Shown here piece by piece: positions 19,537 to 30,214 of a stretch of 60,238 bases of DNA. Source of the DNA: a bacterium (GTDB lineage Bacteria > Margulisbacteria > Marinamargulisbacteria > GCA-2716485 > JAYNIM01); assembly GCA_038109055.1 (NCBI GenBank), contig JAYNIM010000010.1, forward strand, positions 1 to 60,238. The letters are read 5' to 3'. Numbering within the stretch: the stretch's first letter is position 1; every line of letters begins with the position of its first letter. A model generated the notes under the pieces. That model saw only the letters and a list, made by a program, of their open reading frames with translations, was not told the DNA's origin and ran no database searches. The translations under genes were made by a program, and so were the position numbers.

Positions 19537-20564
19537 GAAATCTCTATATAAATACAACAAAATGTAAAAAAGTATCTCGGCCACCCATTTGGCTCATGAG
19601 ACAAGCTGGTCGCTATATGTCTAGCTATCAAGATATACGCAAAAACACGCCATTTAAAACCTGTATCTACACCCCTGATCTTATCAAAAAAATCACCCTA
19701 CTTCCCATCAATGAATTACAGCCTGATGCCGCTATTTTGTTTTCCGACATATTAGTGATCATTGATGCCTTAGGGCTGGACTTAGTATACAAAGAAAAAC
19801 AAGGCCCTATCGTCACAAATCCCATCCAAACTCCCAAAGACGTAGATAACCTCAGCCTAAGATACAAAGACAAAATATTTTCTCCCATTATGCAAGGAAT
19901 CACAGCCTGTAAAAAAAGTTTAGATCCCCTAAATATACCGCTGATCGGTTTTGCAGGTGCACCTTTCACCCTTGCCACTTATTTAATCGAAGGCAAAGCC
20001 GTCGGCAATCTACAAAAAACCAAAACATTTTATTATCACTATCCCGAGGCTTTTCAAACATTACTAGACATTCTCAGTAATAACATTATTGAATATCTAA
20101 ACTTACAACTCGAGCACCACGTTGATGCACTACAACTATTCGATACCTGGGCAGGCCTATTACCTTGGGAGGAAATGCAAAAATTCTCAATAACCCCCAT
20201 GAAAAAAATCATTCAACAGCTTAAAAACTCCCGCCAAGTCCCCATCACCGTATTCTGTAAAGGCAGTTCTTTAACCGCATCTGAACTATGCAAAACTGGG
20301 GCCAACGTAATTGGCATCGACTGGCAAGGAGATTTAGTTACATTGCGAAAAGAACTCCCCAAAGATATCGCTCTTCAGGGAAACCTAGACCCTTTACTCT
20401 TATTCGCTCCTCAAGAAACAATCAAAGCGAAAGTATTAAGCTTATTGGACACACTCAAAGATCAAAACGGGATCATCCTAAACGTAGGTCACGGGTTACT
20501 CCCCCAAACCCCCTACGAAAACGTCAAATTCTTAATTGATTTAGTAAAAAGTTATCGCTATTAA
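19530..20564 (+). CDS. hemE: Uroporphyrinogen decarboxylase
   Basis: PIWLMRQAGRY, DAAILFSDIL, GFAGAPFTLATY, QGNLDP, NVGHG. Confidence 0.97.
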   Translation: MSRNLYINTTKCKKVSRPPIWLMRQAGRYMSSYQDIRKNTPFKTCIYTPDLIKKITLLPINELQPDAAILFSDILVIIDALGLDLVYKEKQGPIVTNPIQTPKDVDNLSLRYKDKIFSPIMQGITACKKSLDPLNIPLIGFAGAPFTLATYLIEGKAVGNLQKTKTFYYHYPEAFQTLLDILSNNIIEYLNLQLEHHVDALQLFDTWAGLLPWEEMQKFSITPMKKIIQQLKNSRQVPITVFCKGSSLTASELCKTGANVIGIDWQGDLVTLRKELPKDIALQGNLDPLLLFAPQETIKAKVLSLLDTLKDQNGIILNVGHGLLPQTPYENVKFLIDLVKSYRY

Positions 20565-20573
20565 TAGACAAAC

Positions 20574-20828
20574 CTAATAAGTCATTTTAACAGTGCCACC
20601 TTTAATCACACACTGACAACCCAAACGCTTGCCTCCCTCCATACCTAAATCTATCTCTTCTTGATTAACTTCAGATAAATTTTCCATACCTTCTTCAACA
20701 TCCACTTCACAGGTCCCACAAACGCCATTACTACAGCCGATAGGTACACCTGCCTCCTCTATCACTTCAACAATATTTTCACCATCCGCAACATCCAATT
20801 CTTCATCATTTAATATAAGTTTTGCCAT
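20574..20828 (-). CDS. 2Fe-2S ferredoxin
   Basis: C-x4-C-x2-C (CSNGVCGTC) plus RLGCQ; GGAGG SD. Confidence 0.92.
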   Translation of the reverse strand: MAKLILNDEELDVADGENIVEVIEEAGVPIGCSNGVCGTCEVDVEEGMENLSEVNQEEIDLGMEGGKRLGCQCVIKGGTVKMTY

Positions 20829-20910
20829 AAGAACCTCCTAAATATTACATACTAAACTAGTATTATTTGTACCCAATATATCGATAGTTTAAACCAAAAT
20901 CAACTTATTT

Positions 20911-22002
20911 TTAAGCATATTTTTTAGCAAAAGCATCCATAAATTCACACAAGGCATCTATCCCTTCTTTCGGAAAGGCATTATAAATCGATGCTCTTAA
21001 GCCCCCGACCAAACGATGCCCCTTCAATCCACTCAAGCCAACAGCTGCCGCTTCTTGCACAAAGAGCTTTTCTAACTCAGTCGACCCTTTCCCTAACAAA
21101 AAGACGGGATTCATCAATGATCTAGACGTCTCTCTAACAGGACAGGTGTAAAAAGGATGTGAATCAATAAAGTCATACAAAACCATTGCTTTATCTTGAT
21201 TGCGTTTAGCAATAACCTCTATTCCACCTTCAGACTCTAACCAAGCCATACATTTTTGCATCACATAAATAGCAAAAGTAGGCGGTGTATTATACAAAGA
21301 ACCTGCCTTAATATGCGTCTGATAAGACAACATACTTGCGGGAACCTCCGCTGCTTTTTCAACCCAATCTCGACGAATAATCACCAACGTAACACCCGCC
21401 GGCCCCAAATTCTTTTGAGCCCCAGCAAAAATCAAGGAAAACTTTGAAATATCCAAGGGACGAGACATCATATCAGACGACATATCCGCCACCAAAGGCA
21501 AATCTCCTGTATTCGGGAAATGCTTCCACTGCGTGCCATAAATGGTATTATTCGAGCACAAATACGCATAGGCAGCTTCAGCATCAAAGTCCGACACAGA
21601 CACATCTGGAATTGAACGATACTCATCTGTATCTGAACTCGCCACAATACGAACCTTACCTAAACGCTGCATTTCTTTAATCGCTTTTTGAACCCACACC
21701 CCGGTCTCAACAACCTCTGCAGAACCAGACTGTCCAACAAGGAAATTATAGGGCACCATAGAAAATTGCAAACTTGCTCCACCCTGAAGCAACAAAACGT
21801 CATGCGTATCAGGAATCGACAACAAACGCCTTACCGACATCTTCAATTTGGACAAAACCTCTTCATACGGTTGTGAACGATGGCTCATCTCCATAATCGA
21901 CATCCCCGATCCCTGATAATCCAACAATTCCTGCTGCACCTCTTGTAAAACAGGCAAGGGCAAAGTTGCCGGTCCCGCTGAAAAATTATAAATACGCTTC
22001 AT
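20911..22002 (-). CDS. serC: Phosphoserine aminotransferase
   Basis: YNFSAGPA, MEMSHRS, DMSS, AGAQKNLGPAG, NTPPT, GHRLVGGLRASIYNA. Confidence 0.97.
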   Translation of the reverse strand: MKRIYNFSAGPATLPLPVLQEVQQELLDYQGSGMSIMEMSHRSQPYEEVLSKLKMSVRRLLSIPDTHDVLLLQGGASLQFSMVPYNFLVGQSGSAEVVETGVWVQKAIKEMQRLGKVRIVASSDTDEYRSIPDVSVSDFDAEAAYAYLCSNNTIYGTQWKHFPNTGDLPLVADMSSDMMSRPLDISKFSLIFAGAQKNLGPAGVTLVIIRRDWVEKAAEVPASMLSYQTHIKAGSLYNTPPTFAIYVMQKCMAWLESEGGIEVIAKRNQDKAMVLYDFIDSHPFYTCPVRETSRSLMNPVFLLGKGSTELEKLFVQEAAAVGLSGLKGHRLVGGLRASIYNAFPKEGIDALCEFMDAFAKKYA

Positions 22003-22015
22003 AAACACACACTCC

Positions 22016-23467
22016 TTATACTGTAATTACACGAATCGAGTTAATCCCATTCGTTTGACCAATAGGTATGCCCGCCAACACCACCATGACATCACCTTTC
22101 TCAATATAGCCTAAGTCTAATGACTGACGAACGGCCAATCGAATCATATCTGTCCATCTCATAATATTTTTATATTTTTTTCCCAGCAACAACGGAATCA
22201 CGCCCCGATACAACGCCAATCGATTACAAATATATTCTTCATCCGTCGGCGCTATAATCAAAAACTTCGTATTCAACTTAGACGTAATTAACGGCGTATT
22301 ACCAGAGCTTGTAAAGGCCATAATAGCCTTAGCATGATTTTCCTCTGCAATTTGATCTGCTGCTTTGCACATAGACGTCGCAAGGGTTTTTTTATGAAAA
22401 ATATGCTTAAAAATCACCATTTTATCTTCACGAATTTGCGACAGATGTTGATCCGTAGCTAAACATATTTTTGACATCGTTTCAACAGAGTTAACAGGGT
22501 TTACCCCAATCGCAGTTTCAGCGGACAACATCACTGCGTCACAATGATCATAAATGGCGTTGGCAACATCCGACACCTCTGCACGCGTCGCCATCTCTCC
22601 ATGAATAGTACTCTCCAACATTTGCGTCGCCACAATAACAGGCTTAATATATTTATTCGCTGCACGAATAATACGTTTTTGAACCTGTGGAACCAATTCC
22701 AAACCAATCTCAATCCCCAAATCACCCCGTGCAACCATGACCGCATCAGACACCTCAATCAATGCTTCTAAATGATCCAAAACAATCTGCCTTTCCAATT
22801 TAGAAATTAACTGCAAATGATGTTTTTTTCTAAACGTTTCTAAATACTCCCGAACAGTCAAAACATCCTGTACCGTACCCACAAACGACAAAGCCAAATA
22901 ATCAACCTTCGCTGAAATAGCTTGTTTAATATCCAATTTATCCTTATCTGTCAAAACTGATAACGTCAACTTCGTCTCAGGCAAATTCACTCCTTTATGT
23001 GATAAAACAGGGCCGCCAACCAACACCTCACATTCAACAAAATCTTCCTGCTTTTTCAGTACTTTTAAACGTAATTTACCATCATCAATAAACACCACAT
23101 CTCCAATCGATACATCTGTAACAAATGCATCATAAGAAACAGAGGCTTTACGTCGATTTCCTAAACACGGCATAACGCCCAATTCAAACACATCCCCAGC
23201 TTCAAGAACCACCCCTTCTTCCATCTGACCCAGCCGTATTTTAGGGCCTTGAAGATCCATCATCACAGCCACAGACCTTTTTAACTTTTTAGCCACCTTA
23301 CGAAGTAATTTTACTCGTTCACTTATAGACTCACCCTTCTTCAAATGTGAAGCGTTAATTCTAAAAAAATCTGCCCCACTTCGAACTAGCTGAGTAAGAA
23401 CCTCAACATTATTAGATGCAGGCCCAAGGGTCGCAATAATTTTAGTTCGTTTAGTCTGGAAAGTCAT
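22016..23467 (-). CDS. pyk: Pyruvate kinase
   Basis: TKIIATLGPAS, DLQGPKIR, MVARGDLG, ATQMLES, TRAEVSDVANA. Confidence 0.97.
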   Translation of the reverse strand: MTFQTKRTKIIATLGPASNNVEVLTQLVRSGADFFRINASHLKKGESISERVKLLRKVAKKLKRSVAVMMDLQGPKIRLGQMEEGVVLEAGDVFELGVMPCLGNRRKASVSYDAFVTDVSIGDVVFIDDGKLRLKVLKKQEDFVECEVLVGGPVLSHKGVNLPETKLTLSVLTDKDKLDIKQAISAKVDYLALSFVGTVQDVLTVREYLETFRKKHHLQLISKLERQIVLDHLEALIEVSDAVMVARGDLGIEIGLELVPQVQKRIIRAANKYIKPVIVATQMLESTIHGEMATRAEVSDVANAIYDHCDAVMLSAETAIGVNPVNSVETMSKICLATDQHLSQIREDKMVIFKHIFHKKTLATSMCKAADQIAEENHAKAIMAFTSSGNTPLITSKLNTKFLIIAPTDEEYICNRLALYRGVIPLLLGKKYKNIMRWTDMIRLAVRQSLDLGYIEKGDVMVVLAGIPIGQTNGINSIRVITV

Positions 23468-23535
23468 GACTATCCAGTGTACCGACTTACATAAATTTTA
23501 TCCATAGCCATAACAAAAATATCTTAACATAGACC

Positions 23536-25233
23536 TTAAAAAGGAAAAAAACCGTCACTTTGACAGTCAATCAATACAGAATGATCATATTGAGGCGAAA
23601 AAACCTCTTCAAAGGCCTTATCTTTTGCGGAACAAACCTGACGATACGGCAAATCAAATTGCATCGCTAAACCTTCAAAAGATCCCTCACGTGGAGTATA
23701 AAAATAAGGATCAAAAACATCAGATTCTTTCACAATTGGCAATGCAGAAAATATCGCACCGCCTCCATTATTCAAACAACAAATTTTAATAGGTATCTCC
23801 AGCTGCTTTACTAAGGCCAGCCCCCCCATATCATGCAACAACGCCAAATCACCTATCAACAAAATCAAGGGCTTACCCAACCCTTTAGCAACCCCAATCG
23901 CTGTAGACACAATCCCATCAATTCCACTCGCGCCTCTATTAGCATAAATCATTTTTTCTGATCCCAATCCTTGACCCAACTGTAATAACAAACGAACAGG
24001 CAAACTATTCGACACAAAACAAACATAGTCCTTCGGCCATACATCTAATAAACGCTGAACATACGCAGCATCTACCCTATCCTTGGTTCCCAAACAATCA
24101 AAAGGCCTTTGTGCCAGACACCTAGCCTGCTTATCCTGAAACAAGGGCAACAAGGTAGAGGCGGACATGTCACACACATTTAACGCAGCCAAATTCCCCT
24201 TTATATCTCCCTGCAAACAAACTCGCGTATTCGACACCACATCCAAACACTCTTGTTTTGCTTGAACCCGAATAAGACAACACGATGACAACGCTAAAAG
24301 CTCTATAAGTTTTTTAGACAATAACCCTCCACCAACCCATAGAACCACGAAATCAACCCCATCTTGCAACTGATCAATAGTCAAAATCCAACGATCATAG
24401 TCACAAAAAACCAAGGGATGATCCTTAAAAAACAACTGCGATAAAGGATCCACCAACAAAGGCCATTGATAAGTCTCTGCCAAGGCCAACACCTCATACG
24501 CCTGCTGAATATCAGTTATCTGGCCACACACCAACATCCCCCTCTCGGTTAGCTCAATTTCTGCCAACACAGACGATAAAATAGCCTCATCATCACGACT
24601 ATTTCCTACTACCTGCTGCAGACAAAAAGGCTGTGTGTCTGCTAAATAATGAGTCAAAGGCTGCAAATACTCAGAGAAATCCAGTGTATGATCCTCCAAA
24701 AATGGTTCCCGAAAAGGGCAATTAAAATGGATCGGCTTTTGTCGTTGCAACATCACAGAAACAGCAGAAGAAATCCGTCTCAAAAAAGAGCGTATAGGTA
24801 GATGTGTGTCAGCTACCGGAAAAGACAGTTGCTGAACCACAAAATCTTCAAAAATACTCTCTTGTCGAATAGATTGATTTGCTGCACAATCATGAAGTTC
24901 AAAGGGTCGGTCAGCAGAAATCACCACCAAAGGCACCCCAGATTGAGACGCTTCAATAACCGCAGGCAATACATTCGCAACCGCAGTCCCCGAGGTCGTG
25001 ATAATCACAACCGGAGTCCGAGAAGAAAGCGCCAAGCCTAAGGCATAAAATCCCAATGAACGCTCATCATAATGTGTGAAAATCTCAAATGATAACGAGG
25101 CTGCCGCCATTACCAAGGGTGTCGAACGAGACCCCGGAGCCAAACAGATAGACCGTATACCAAAACGCCATAATTCCTCTAAAAGTATGGTTGCCCAACA
25201 TAAAGCAACAGATCTAAACGCCCGCGTTTGCAT
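23536..25233 (-). CDS. menD: SEPHCHC synthase (menaquinone biosynthesis)
   Basis: PGSRSTPL, DERS, TTSGTAVAN, SADRP, NRGASGIDG, GDLALLHD. Confidence 0.95.
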   Translation of the reverse strand: MQTRAFRSVALCWATILLEELWRFGIRSICLAPGSRSTPLVMAAASLSFEIFTHYDERSLGFYALGLALSSRTPVVIITTSGTAVANVLPAVIEASQSGVPLVVISADRPFELHDCAANQSIRQESIFEDFVVQQLSFPVADTHLPIRSFLRRISSAVSVMLQRQKPIHFNCPFREPFLEDHTLDFSEYLQPLTHYLADTQPFCLQQVVGNSRDDEAILSSVLAEIELTERGMLVCGQITDIQQAYEVLALAETYQWPLLVDPLSQLFFKDHPLVFCDYDRWILTIDQLQDGVDFVVLWVGGGLLSKKLIELLALSSCCLIRVQAKQECLDVVSNTRVCLQGDIKGNLAALNVCDMSASTLLPLFQDKQARCLAQRPFDCLGTKDRVDAAYVQRLLDVWPKDYVCFVSNSLPVRLLLQLGQGLGSEKMIYANRGASGIDGIVSTAIGVAKGLGKPLILLIGDLALLHDMGGLALVKQLEIPIKICCLNNGGGAIFSALPIVKESDVFDPYFYTPREGSFEGLAMQFDLPYRQVCSAKDKAFEEVFSPQYDHSVLIDCQSDGFFPF

Positions 25234-25237
25234 ACCT

Positions 25238-26587
25238 CTAGGTCAACACTCGCAAAAAAATTTTTATTTTAGAATTCAACTCTTCCCATTCATCTTCAGC
25301 AACAGATCCAGGAACAATTCCAGCCCCCGCATGCAAGATCAGCTTTCTAGCGGTCAAAACAGCCATTCGAATCGACACAGCCACGCTCATACTCTGGCCA
25401 TCTAAAACACCAAAACACCCTGCATACCACGATCGATCAAAGCCCTCAATAGCTGATAAAACAGCCAAGCCCTCATTTTTTGGCACTGCCCCAACAGCCG
25501 CACTGGGGCTTAAACATTGTAATAATGTCCAATCATCCACCTCAGTCAACTGCCCCGTAATTAACTGATATAAGTGCTGCACATGAGACATTTTTTTGAC
25601 CATCATTGGCAACGCCTCACAACGTGTAACAAAAGGGCGCAGAGAATCCATTAAACCTTCTCGAACCAAAGAATGTTCATAAACATCCTTTTCAGACTGC
25701 AACAATGCCTCTTCAAGAGCAGCATCCTCATCAAAACTCGCTCCTCTAGATCGCGTCCCCGCCATCACATCACAACAAAATTGTAAACCATGTCGTTCGA
25801 ACAAAAGTTCTGGAGAAAAACATAAAACCCCCTTAGATTGTTCTCGTTGCCACAGCGAAACAAACACCTGAGAAGTTTGAGACAACAACAAAGACGCCAA
25901 TGAAAACAACGACAAACAACAAGAAAAAGAAAGCGTTGTTTTCCTAGATAACACAATCTTTTTTAAAGACGCCTCTGAAAAAGATTTCATTACAGAAGAC
26001 ACCTGTGTATTCCACTGATCAAATTCTGGAAAATGAGAAAGCATTTCAGCACGTGGCAAAACATGTGGCATCAATGAATTCACAGGTAATAATCGACCTA
26101 TTTGCTCAGTTACCCATTGATGTTGCTTTAAATAATCTTGTTTCTCATCTACCAAAAATTGACAACAAAAACGACATTCCCCATCACCATCCGACACAGA
26201 AAACAATGGTAATACTCCTTCAAACGCCGCTTGATCACAATGCCCAAAACCAAACTCAGTTCGAAAAAAAACCTTTAAAAATGGATACTCTTTTAACACA
26301 GGATAAAAAGACTCAAGCGCCGTCAAATCATCAAAAGACTTAGCAACTCCTACACCCGCTAAACACTGAAGGCCATCACGATGCTGCCAATAAAGACGAT
26401 CTTTCATCACCTGAGCATCCAACCATAACAACAACGAAGATTCCAAAACTGGACACGAAAAATAAAACAACGGCTTAAACGAAGATCGTATATCAGAAAA
26501 AAAAGTATCTACCGCAGCAAACAACTCAGTTTGCAAATCTGTTAATTGTGTCTGTAAACAATATTTTTTCTTAACTGAACCAATCAC
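25238..26587 (-). CDS. menF: Isochorismate synthase
   Basis: KIVLSR, SPE, AGT, EKDVYEH, WYAG, AGAGIVPGS; adjacent to menD. Confidence 0.88.
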   Translation of the reverse strand: MIGSVKKKYCLQTQLTDLQTELFAAVDTFFSDIRSSFKPLFYFSCPVLESSLLLWLDAQVMKDRLYWQHRDGLQCLAGVGVAKSFDDLTALESFYPVLKEYPFLKVFFRTEFGFGHCDQAAFEGVLPLFSVSDGDGECRFCCQFLVDEKQDYLKQHQWVTEQIGRLLPVNSLMPHVLPRAEMLSHFPEFDQWNTQVSSVMKSFSEASLKKIVLSRKTTLSFSCCLSLFSLASLLLSQTSQVFVSLWQREQSKGVLCFSPELLFERHGLQFCCDVMAGTRSRGASFDEDAALEEALLQSEKDVYEHSLVREGLMDSLRPFVTRCEALPMMVKKMSHVQHLYQLITGQLTEVDDWTLLQCLSPSAAVGAVPKNEGLAVLSAIEGFDRSWYAGCFGVLDGQSMSVAVSIRMAVLTARKLILHAGAGIVPGSVAEDEWEELNSKIKIFLRVLT

Positions 26588-26596
26588 TATAATCCT

Positions 26597-27367
26597 CTAA
26601 CTCTCACAAGAAACAGGTTTTTTAGCCTCGTAAATAGAAACAATTCCAAAGGACAAATTTCGACACGTCACAGATTCAAATCCGGCGTCTTCCACTTTTG
26701 CTACAAAGGCTTCTCCATAGGGAAAATCTTCCACCGATTGATTCAGATAACCATACGCATAACGATGTCCAGAAAAAAGCCTACCAAGAAAAGGTAAAAT
26801 ACGTCGAAAATAAAATAAATAAACAAAACGAAACGCCCTATTCTCAGGCAAAGAAAATTCCAAAATCAATAATGTAGCACCTGGCTTAAGCATACGATAA
26901 ATATCTCGAAAAACCATCGAGACATCTGCAACATTTCGAATCCCAAAAGCCATAGTCACAACATCCACAGAAAGAGCCTCAATAGGGCTATTGGCTGCAT
27001 CTGCACAGCGTATTTCAACGGGCAACTTAGCTTGTGACAATTTATCTTTGGCAATGGCCAGCATATTTTCAGAACGATCCAGCCCGATAACACGTGAGAA
27101 GCCAAGCTTCTTCAATCGCAATGCTGCCAAAATTACATCTCCGGTACCCGTCGCTAAATCTACATACACAAGATCCTTTTTCTTAGGAAAGGCTCCCACT
27201 AATACCCGCCGCCAATAGCGATCAATCCCTAACGACAAAAAACGATTCAAAAAATCATAACGCTGCGAAATCAAATCAAAAATCTGCCAAGTATTAGATT
27301 TATCTTTTAAGTCACAACGAATACTCATATTAATAATCATGATAGAAACAGCGAGATAAATACGCAA
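26597..27367 (-). CDS. menG: Demethylmenaquinone methyltransferase (MenG/UbiE); true start may be ATG 27340 or 27328
   Basis: FDLISQRYDFLNRFLSLG, DLATGTGD, AFGIRNV, ILEFS, AYGYL. Confidence 0.92.
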   Translation of the reverse strand: MRIYLAVSIMIINMSIRCDLKDKSNTWQIFDLISQRYDFLNRFLSLGIDRYWRRVLVGAFPKKKDLVYVDLATGTGDVILAALRLKKLGFSRVIGLDRSENMLAIAKDKLSQAKLPVEIRCADAANSPIEALSVDVVTMAFGIRNVADVSMVFRDIYRMLKPGATLLILEFSLPENRAFRFVYLFYFRRILPFLGRLFSGHRYAYGYLNQSVEDFPYGEAFVAKVEDAGFESVTCRNLSFGIVSIYEAKKPVSCES

Positions 27368-27465
27368 GTTCTAAAAAAGAAACGGATCCCTATTAACAAA
27401 AGCCACATTCTACACAATTAAAAAACTGAGTCGAAGAAAACAAAAAAATAAGCTAAGATAATGAA

Positions 27466-28017
27466 ATGAAAAAAATAATATCTTTAATAATCGGTCTATC
27501 AGTACTCATTAGTCTTAGTGGATGTTTACAAAACAAAATTGACAACGCAACCACCCCTCCCCTAACTCCAAAAAAACCATCTACGTCCACAAACTTAAGC
27601 AAAAGCCCGCTTTTTTCAAAAAAACTAAGCACCTTTCAAAAGAAAAAAATTCAACTAAATACCTTAAAAAACAAAATCATTATCCTAGACTTTTGGGCAA
27701 CATGGTGCCCACCTTGCGTAGCTGAAATCCCTCACTTTATCGAGTTACAAAACGAACATAAAAACGTTCAAATGATAGGCATTGGCCTGGATATAGAAAA
27801 AAATGATATCGAAACATTTATAGAAAAACATAACGTCAACTACCCTATTATTCACGGTGACAGCAGCCTGATGAGCATTGTGCAAAAAGAATTTGGCTAT
27901 ATCAACTCAATCCCAACCACCTACATTATTGATGAAAACTTTAAAATCATCGAAAAAATAGTAGGATACAAAGACAAAGCATACTTTAAAAACATCATCC
28001 AACGCCTCAGTAATTAA
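27466..28017 (+). CDS. TlpA/ResA-like thiol-disulfide oxidoreductase lipoprotein
   Basis: Lipobox LSGC; DFWATWCPPC; IPTT. Confidence 0.9.
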   Translation: MKKIISLIIGLSVLISLSGCLQNKIDNATTPPLTPKKPSTSTNLSKSPLFSKKLSTFQKKKIQLNTLKNKIIILDFWATWCPPCVAEIPHFIELQNEHKNVQMIGIGLDIEKNDIETFIEKHNVNYPIIHGDSSLMSIVQKEFGYINSIPTTYIIDENFKIIEKIVGYKDKAYFKNIIQRLSN

Positions 28018-28031
28018 TTATCTCTTAAGGC

Positions 28032-28532
28032 ATGCAGGCACGCTCATTTGAACCCGTTCAATTATTTGCAGCCATATTAGTCAATAACACATATGCCTTA
28101 TCCGACATCCTCCAACAATGTTCAACAGAATTTGGCCCCATTCTTAAACAGAGTAAACCTGAAATATTTAAAAGTCCCTATTATGGCAAAGAAATGGGCG
28201 ACAACCTAAAAAAATGTTTTGTATTATTCGACAAAAAAGTCCCAGCCGATACATTATGGATCTACAAACAGCAATCTAACAAACTAGAAACAAAAACCAG
28301 CCACAATGGCAAACGACACATCAATATAGATACAGGTGCACTAACCCCCTATCATCTATGTTTATTGTCTTGTAAACCTTATGCACATCGCATCCCCCTG
28401 CAACACGGAATTTATGCGGAAACAACCCTCCTGTTTGAACATAACAAGGTCAAAACCCTCCCTTGGACCTACCCAGATTATCAAACAGATGAAGCCATAA
28501 ATTGCTTTTTAAAGATGAGAAAGCTATGCTGA
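28032..28532 (+). CDS. DUF4416-family protein
   Basis: YYGKEMG, RHINIDTG, HRIPL..GIYAE, LPWTYPDY. Confidence 0.8.
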   Translation: MQARSFEPVQLFAAILVNNTYALSDILQQCSTEFGPILKQSKPEIFKSPYYGKEMGDNLKKCFVLFDKKVPADTLWIYKQQSNKLETKTSHNGKRHINIDTGALTPYHLCLLSCKPYAHRIPLQHGIYAETTLLFEHNKVKTLPWTYPDYQTDEAINCFLKMRKLC

Positions 28533-29284
28533 AGACAATGTCTCTTATACTCCTCATATCCCTAAGTGCCTGCATCGGTAGTTTTTTAAATATGCTTATC
28601 CATCGCTTACCCAGAGAAGAAGATATCTTCATCAAACGATCACATTGCCCCAACTGTAACAAAACGCTACGCTGGTTCCATTTAATCCCCCTACTAAGTT
28701 TTATAGGTCAAAAAGGTCACTGCTCTTTCTGCAAAAAAAAGATCTCCTTACGTTATCTCATCGTCGAAATTGCCAGTATTTGCATCGCCATTCTCACCTA
28801 TTCAACCCTGGGGATAGGTCCAGAATTTTGGAAACTATCCCTAGGCCTATATATCCTACTTGCCTGCTATTTTACAGATTTAGAAACACAAATCTTACCT
28901 AATAGTTTAACCATTGGGCTTGTAATACTAGGTCTAGGCTTTAGTATGTATCATCAAACATTAGTACCGCATTGTCTTGCCATCCTCTATTGTAGTGGTA
29001 GCTTAATCATCATCGAAAAATTAAGTTTCTGGTACTACAAAAAACCTGCCTTAGGCTGGGGGGATATTAAACTCAGTGCAGGCTTAGCCGCCATGTGGGG
29101 CCTAAAGATTACCAGTACTGCACTATTTTTGTCATTTTTAATTGGAGGCATCTACGCTATTTATTTGATCACCCTAAAAAAAAGGAGCAAAACAAGCTAC
29201 CTAGCCTTCGGTCCATTTATCATTATTGGCACACTCATCTCACTAAAATATAGTGACGCCATCTTAACCTTCTATGGATTCTAG
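28526..29284 (+). CDS. pilD: Prepilin peptidase (A24)
   Basis: GSFLN, RSHCPNC, CSFC, TDLE, GWGDIKL, AFGPF. Confidence 0.93.
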   Translation: MLKTMSLILLISLSACIGSFLNMLIHRLPREEDIFIKRSHCPNCNKTLRWFHLIPLLSFIGQKGHCSFCKKKISLRYLIVEIASICIAILTYSTLGIGPEFWKLSLGLYILLACYFTDLETQILPNSLTIGLVILGLGFSMYHQTLVPHCLAILYCSGSLIIIEKLSFWYYKKPALGWGDIKLSAGLAAMWGLKITSTALFLSFLIGGIYAIYLITLKKRSKTSYLAFGPFIIIGTLISLKYSDAILTFYGF

Positions 29285-29528
29285 AAAAAACGGCATTGCC
29301 TTATTAGAATGCCTGATAAGTATAAGTCTTATCACACAACTATGTATAAGTAGCAGCTGGGCCTTAAGCCAGCTCTATCAACAATTAAAACTAGCAAAGA
29401 CCTACTGGGAAGCCGCTACAACGATCAAATACCCTCTCCCAGCTACCCAAACAATCTCCCTTCCAGAAAATATCGCTCTAGACATCACCCATATAGATAA
29501 CAGAATGTATAAATACACAATAAAATAA
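29274..29528 (+). CDS. Type IV minor pilin/pseudopilin-like protein
   Basis: Class III signal RKNG|IALLE followed by a hydrophobic helix. Confidence 0.7.
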   Translation: MDSRKNGIALLECLISISLITQLCISSSWALSQLYQQLKLAKTYWEAATTIKYPLPATQTISLPENIALDITHIDNRMYKYTIK

Positions 29529-29725
29529 AAATTTATCGCGAAAAAACGCCCCTATCCCTACTAACAATTAAAAATAAATTGAAAAATAAACGAAACCTCG
29601 ATATCATAGGTACATAATATTAAAGAAAATAAAAAATACATTGATGCCCACGCTTCTTTAATAACATTCCCTGACACATAATCTCTAAAAACATCTTCAC
29701 CTAATCATGAAGCTTCTTTCTTATC

Positions 29726-30214
29726 ATGAACAAAAACTATCTTACCATCACAAATAATCATGACATACAAGGTAATAATGCCCCCCTATATCAAAAAAAA
29801 GGGTATCTGTTACTTGAAATATGTCTAAGCATTTTCATTATGGCTCTAAGCTTTCCCCTGCTATTTAATTATCATATGAATTTTGAAAAAAACATCTACC
29901 GTTTAAATAAATTCATCCAACATACTTATGATTACTATTTTTTAACTACCTTGTTATACAGCGATATCAATGAAACAAAAAGCTACCATCATAGCGCAAA
30001 CAAACTAACCTTAATCACCCCCATAGAAACCCTCATATACAAGGTAAAAAATAAACATCTGTATCGTCAATCACTACATCCAAAATCCACCTTATGTCTC
30101 AGCAAACAACTCGAAATAAAACACATATCCATTCATAATCATGAACTACAACTATCCTTTATCAACAAAAATCACCCAACCTTCACGCTACCACTCCCAA
30201 CAACACTACACTAA
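29726..30214 (+). CDS. Type IV minor pilin-like protein (PilW/ComGF-like); start uncertain
   Basis: KKG|YLLLEICLSIFIMAL. Confidence 0.7.
   Translation: MNKNYLTITNNHDIQGNNAPLYQKKGYLLLEICLSIFIMALSFPLLFNYHMNFEKNIYRLNKFIQHTYDYYFLTTLLYSDINETKSYHHSANKLTLITPIETLIYKVKNKHLYRQSLHPKSTLCLSKQLEIKHISIHNHELQLSFINKNHPTFTLPLPTTLH

Noticed and set aside
19477..19584. N-terminal extension of the 439-aa ORF
   Set aside because: Overlaps hemE and both promoters; the signal peptide begins at ATG 19476
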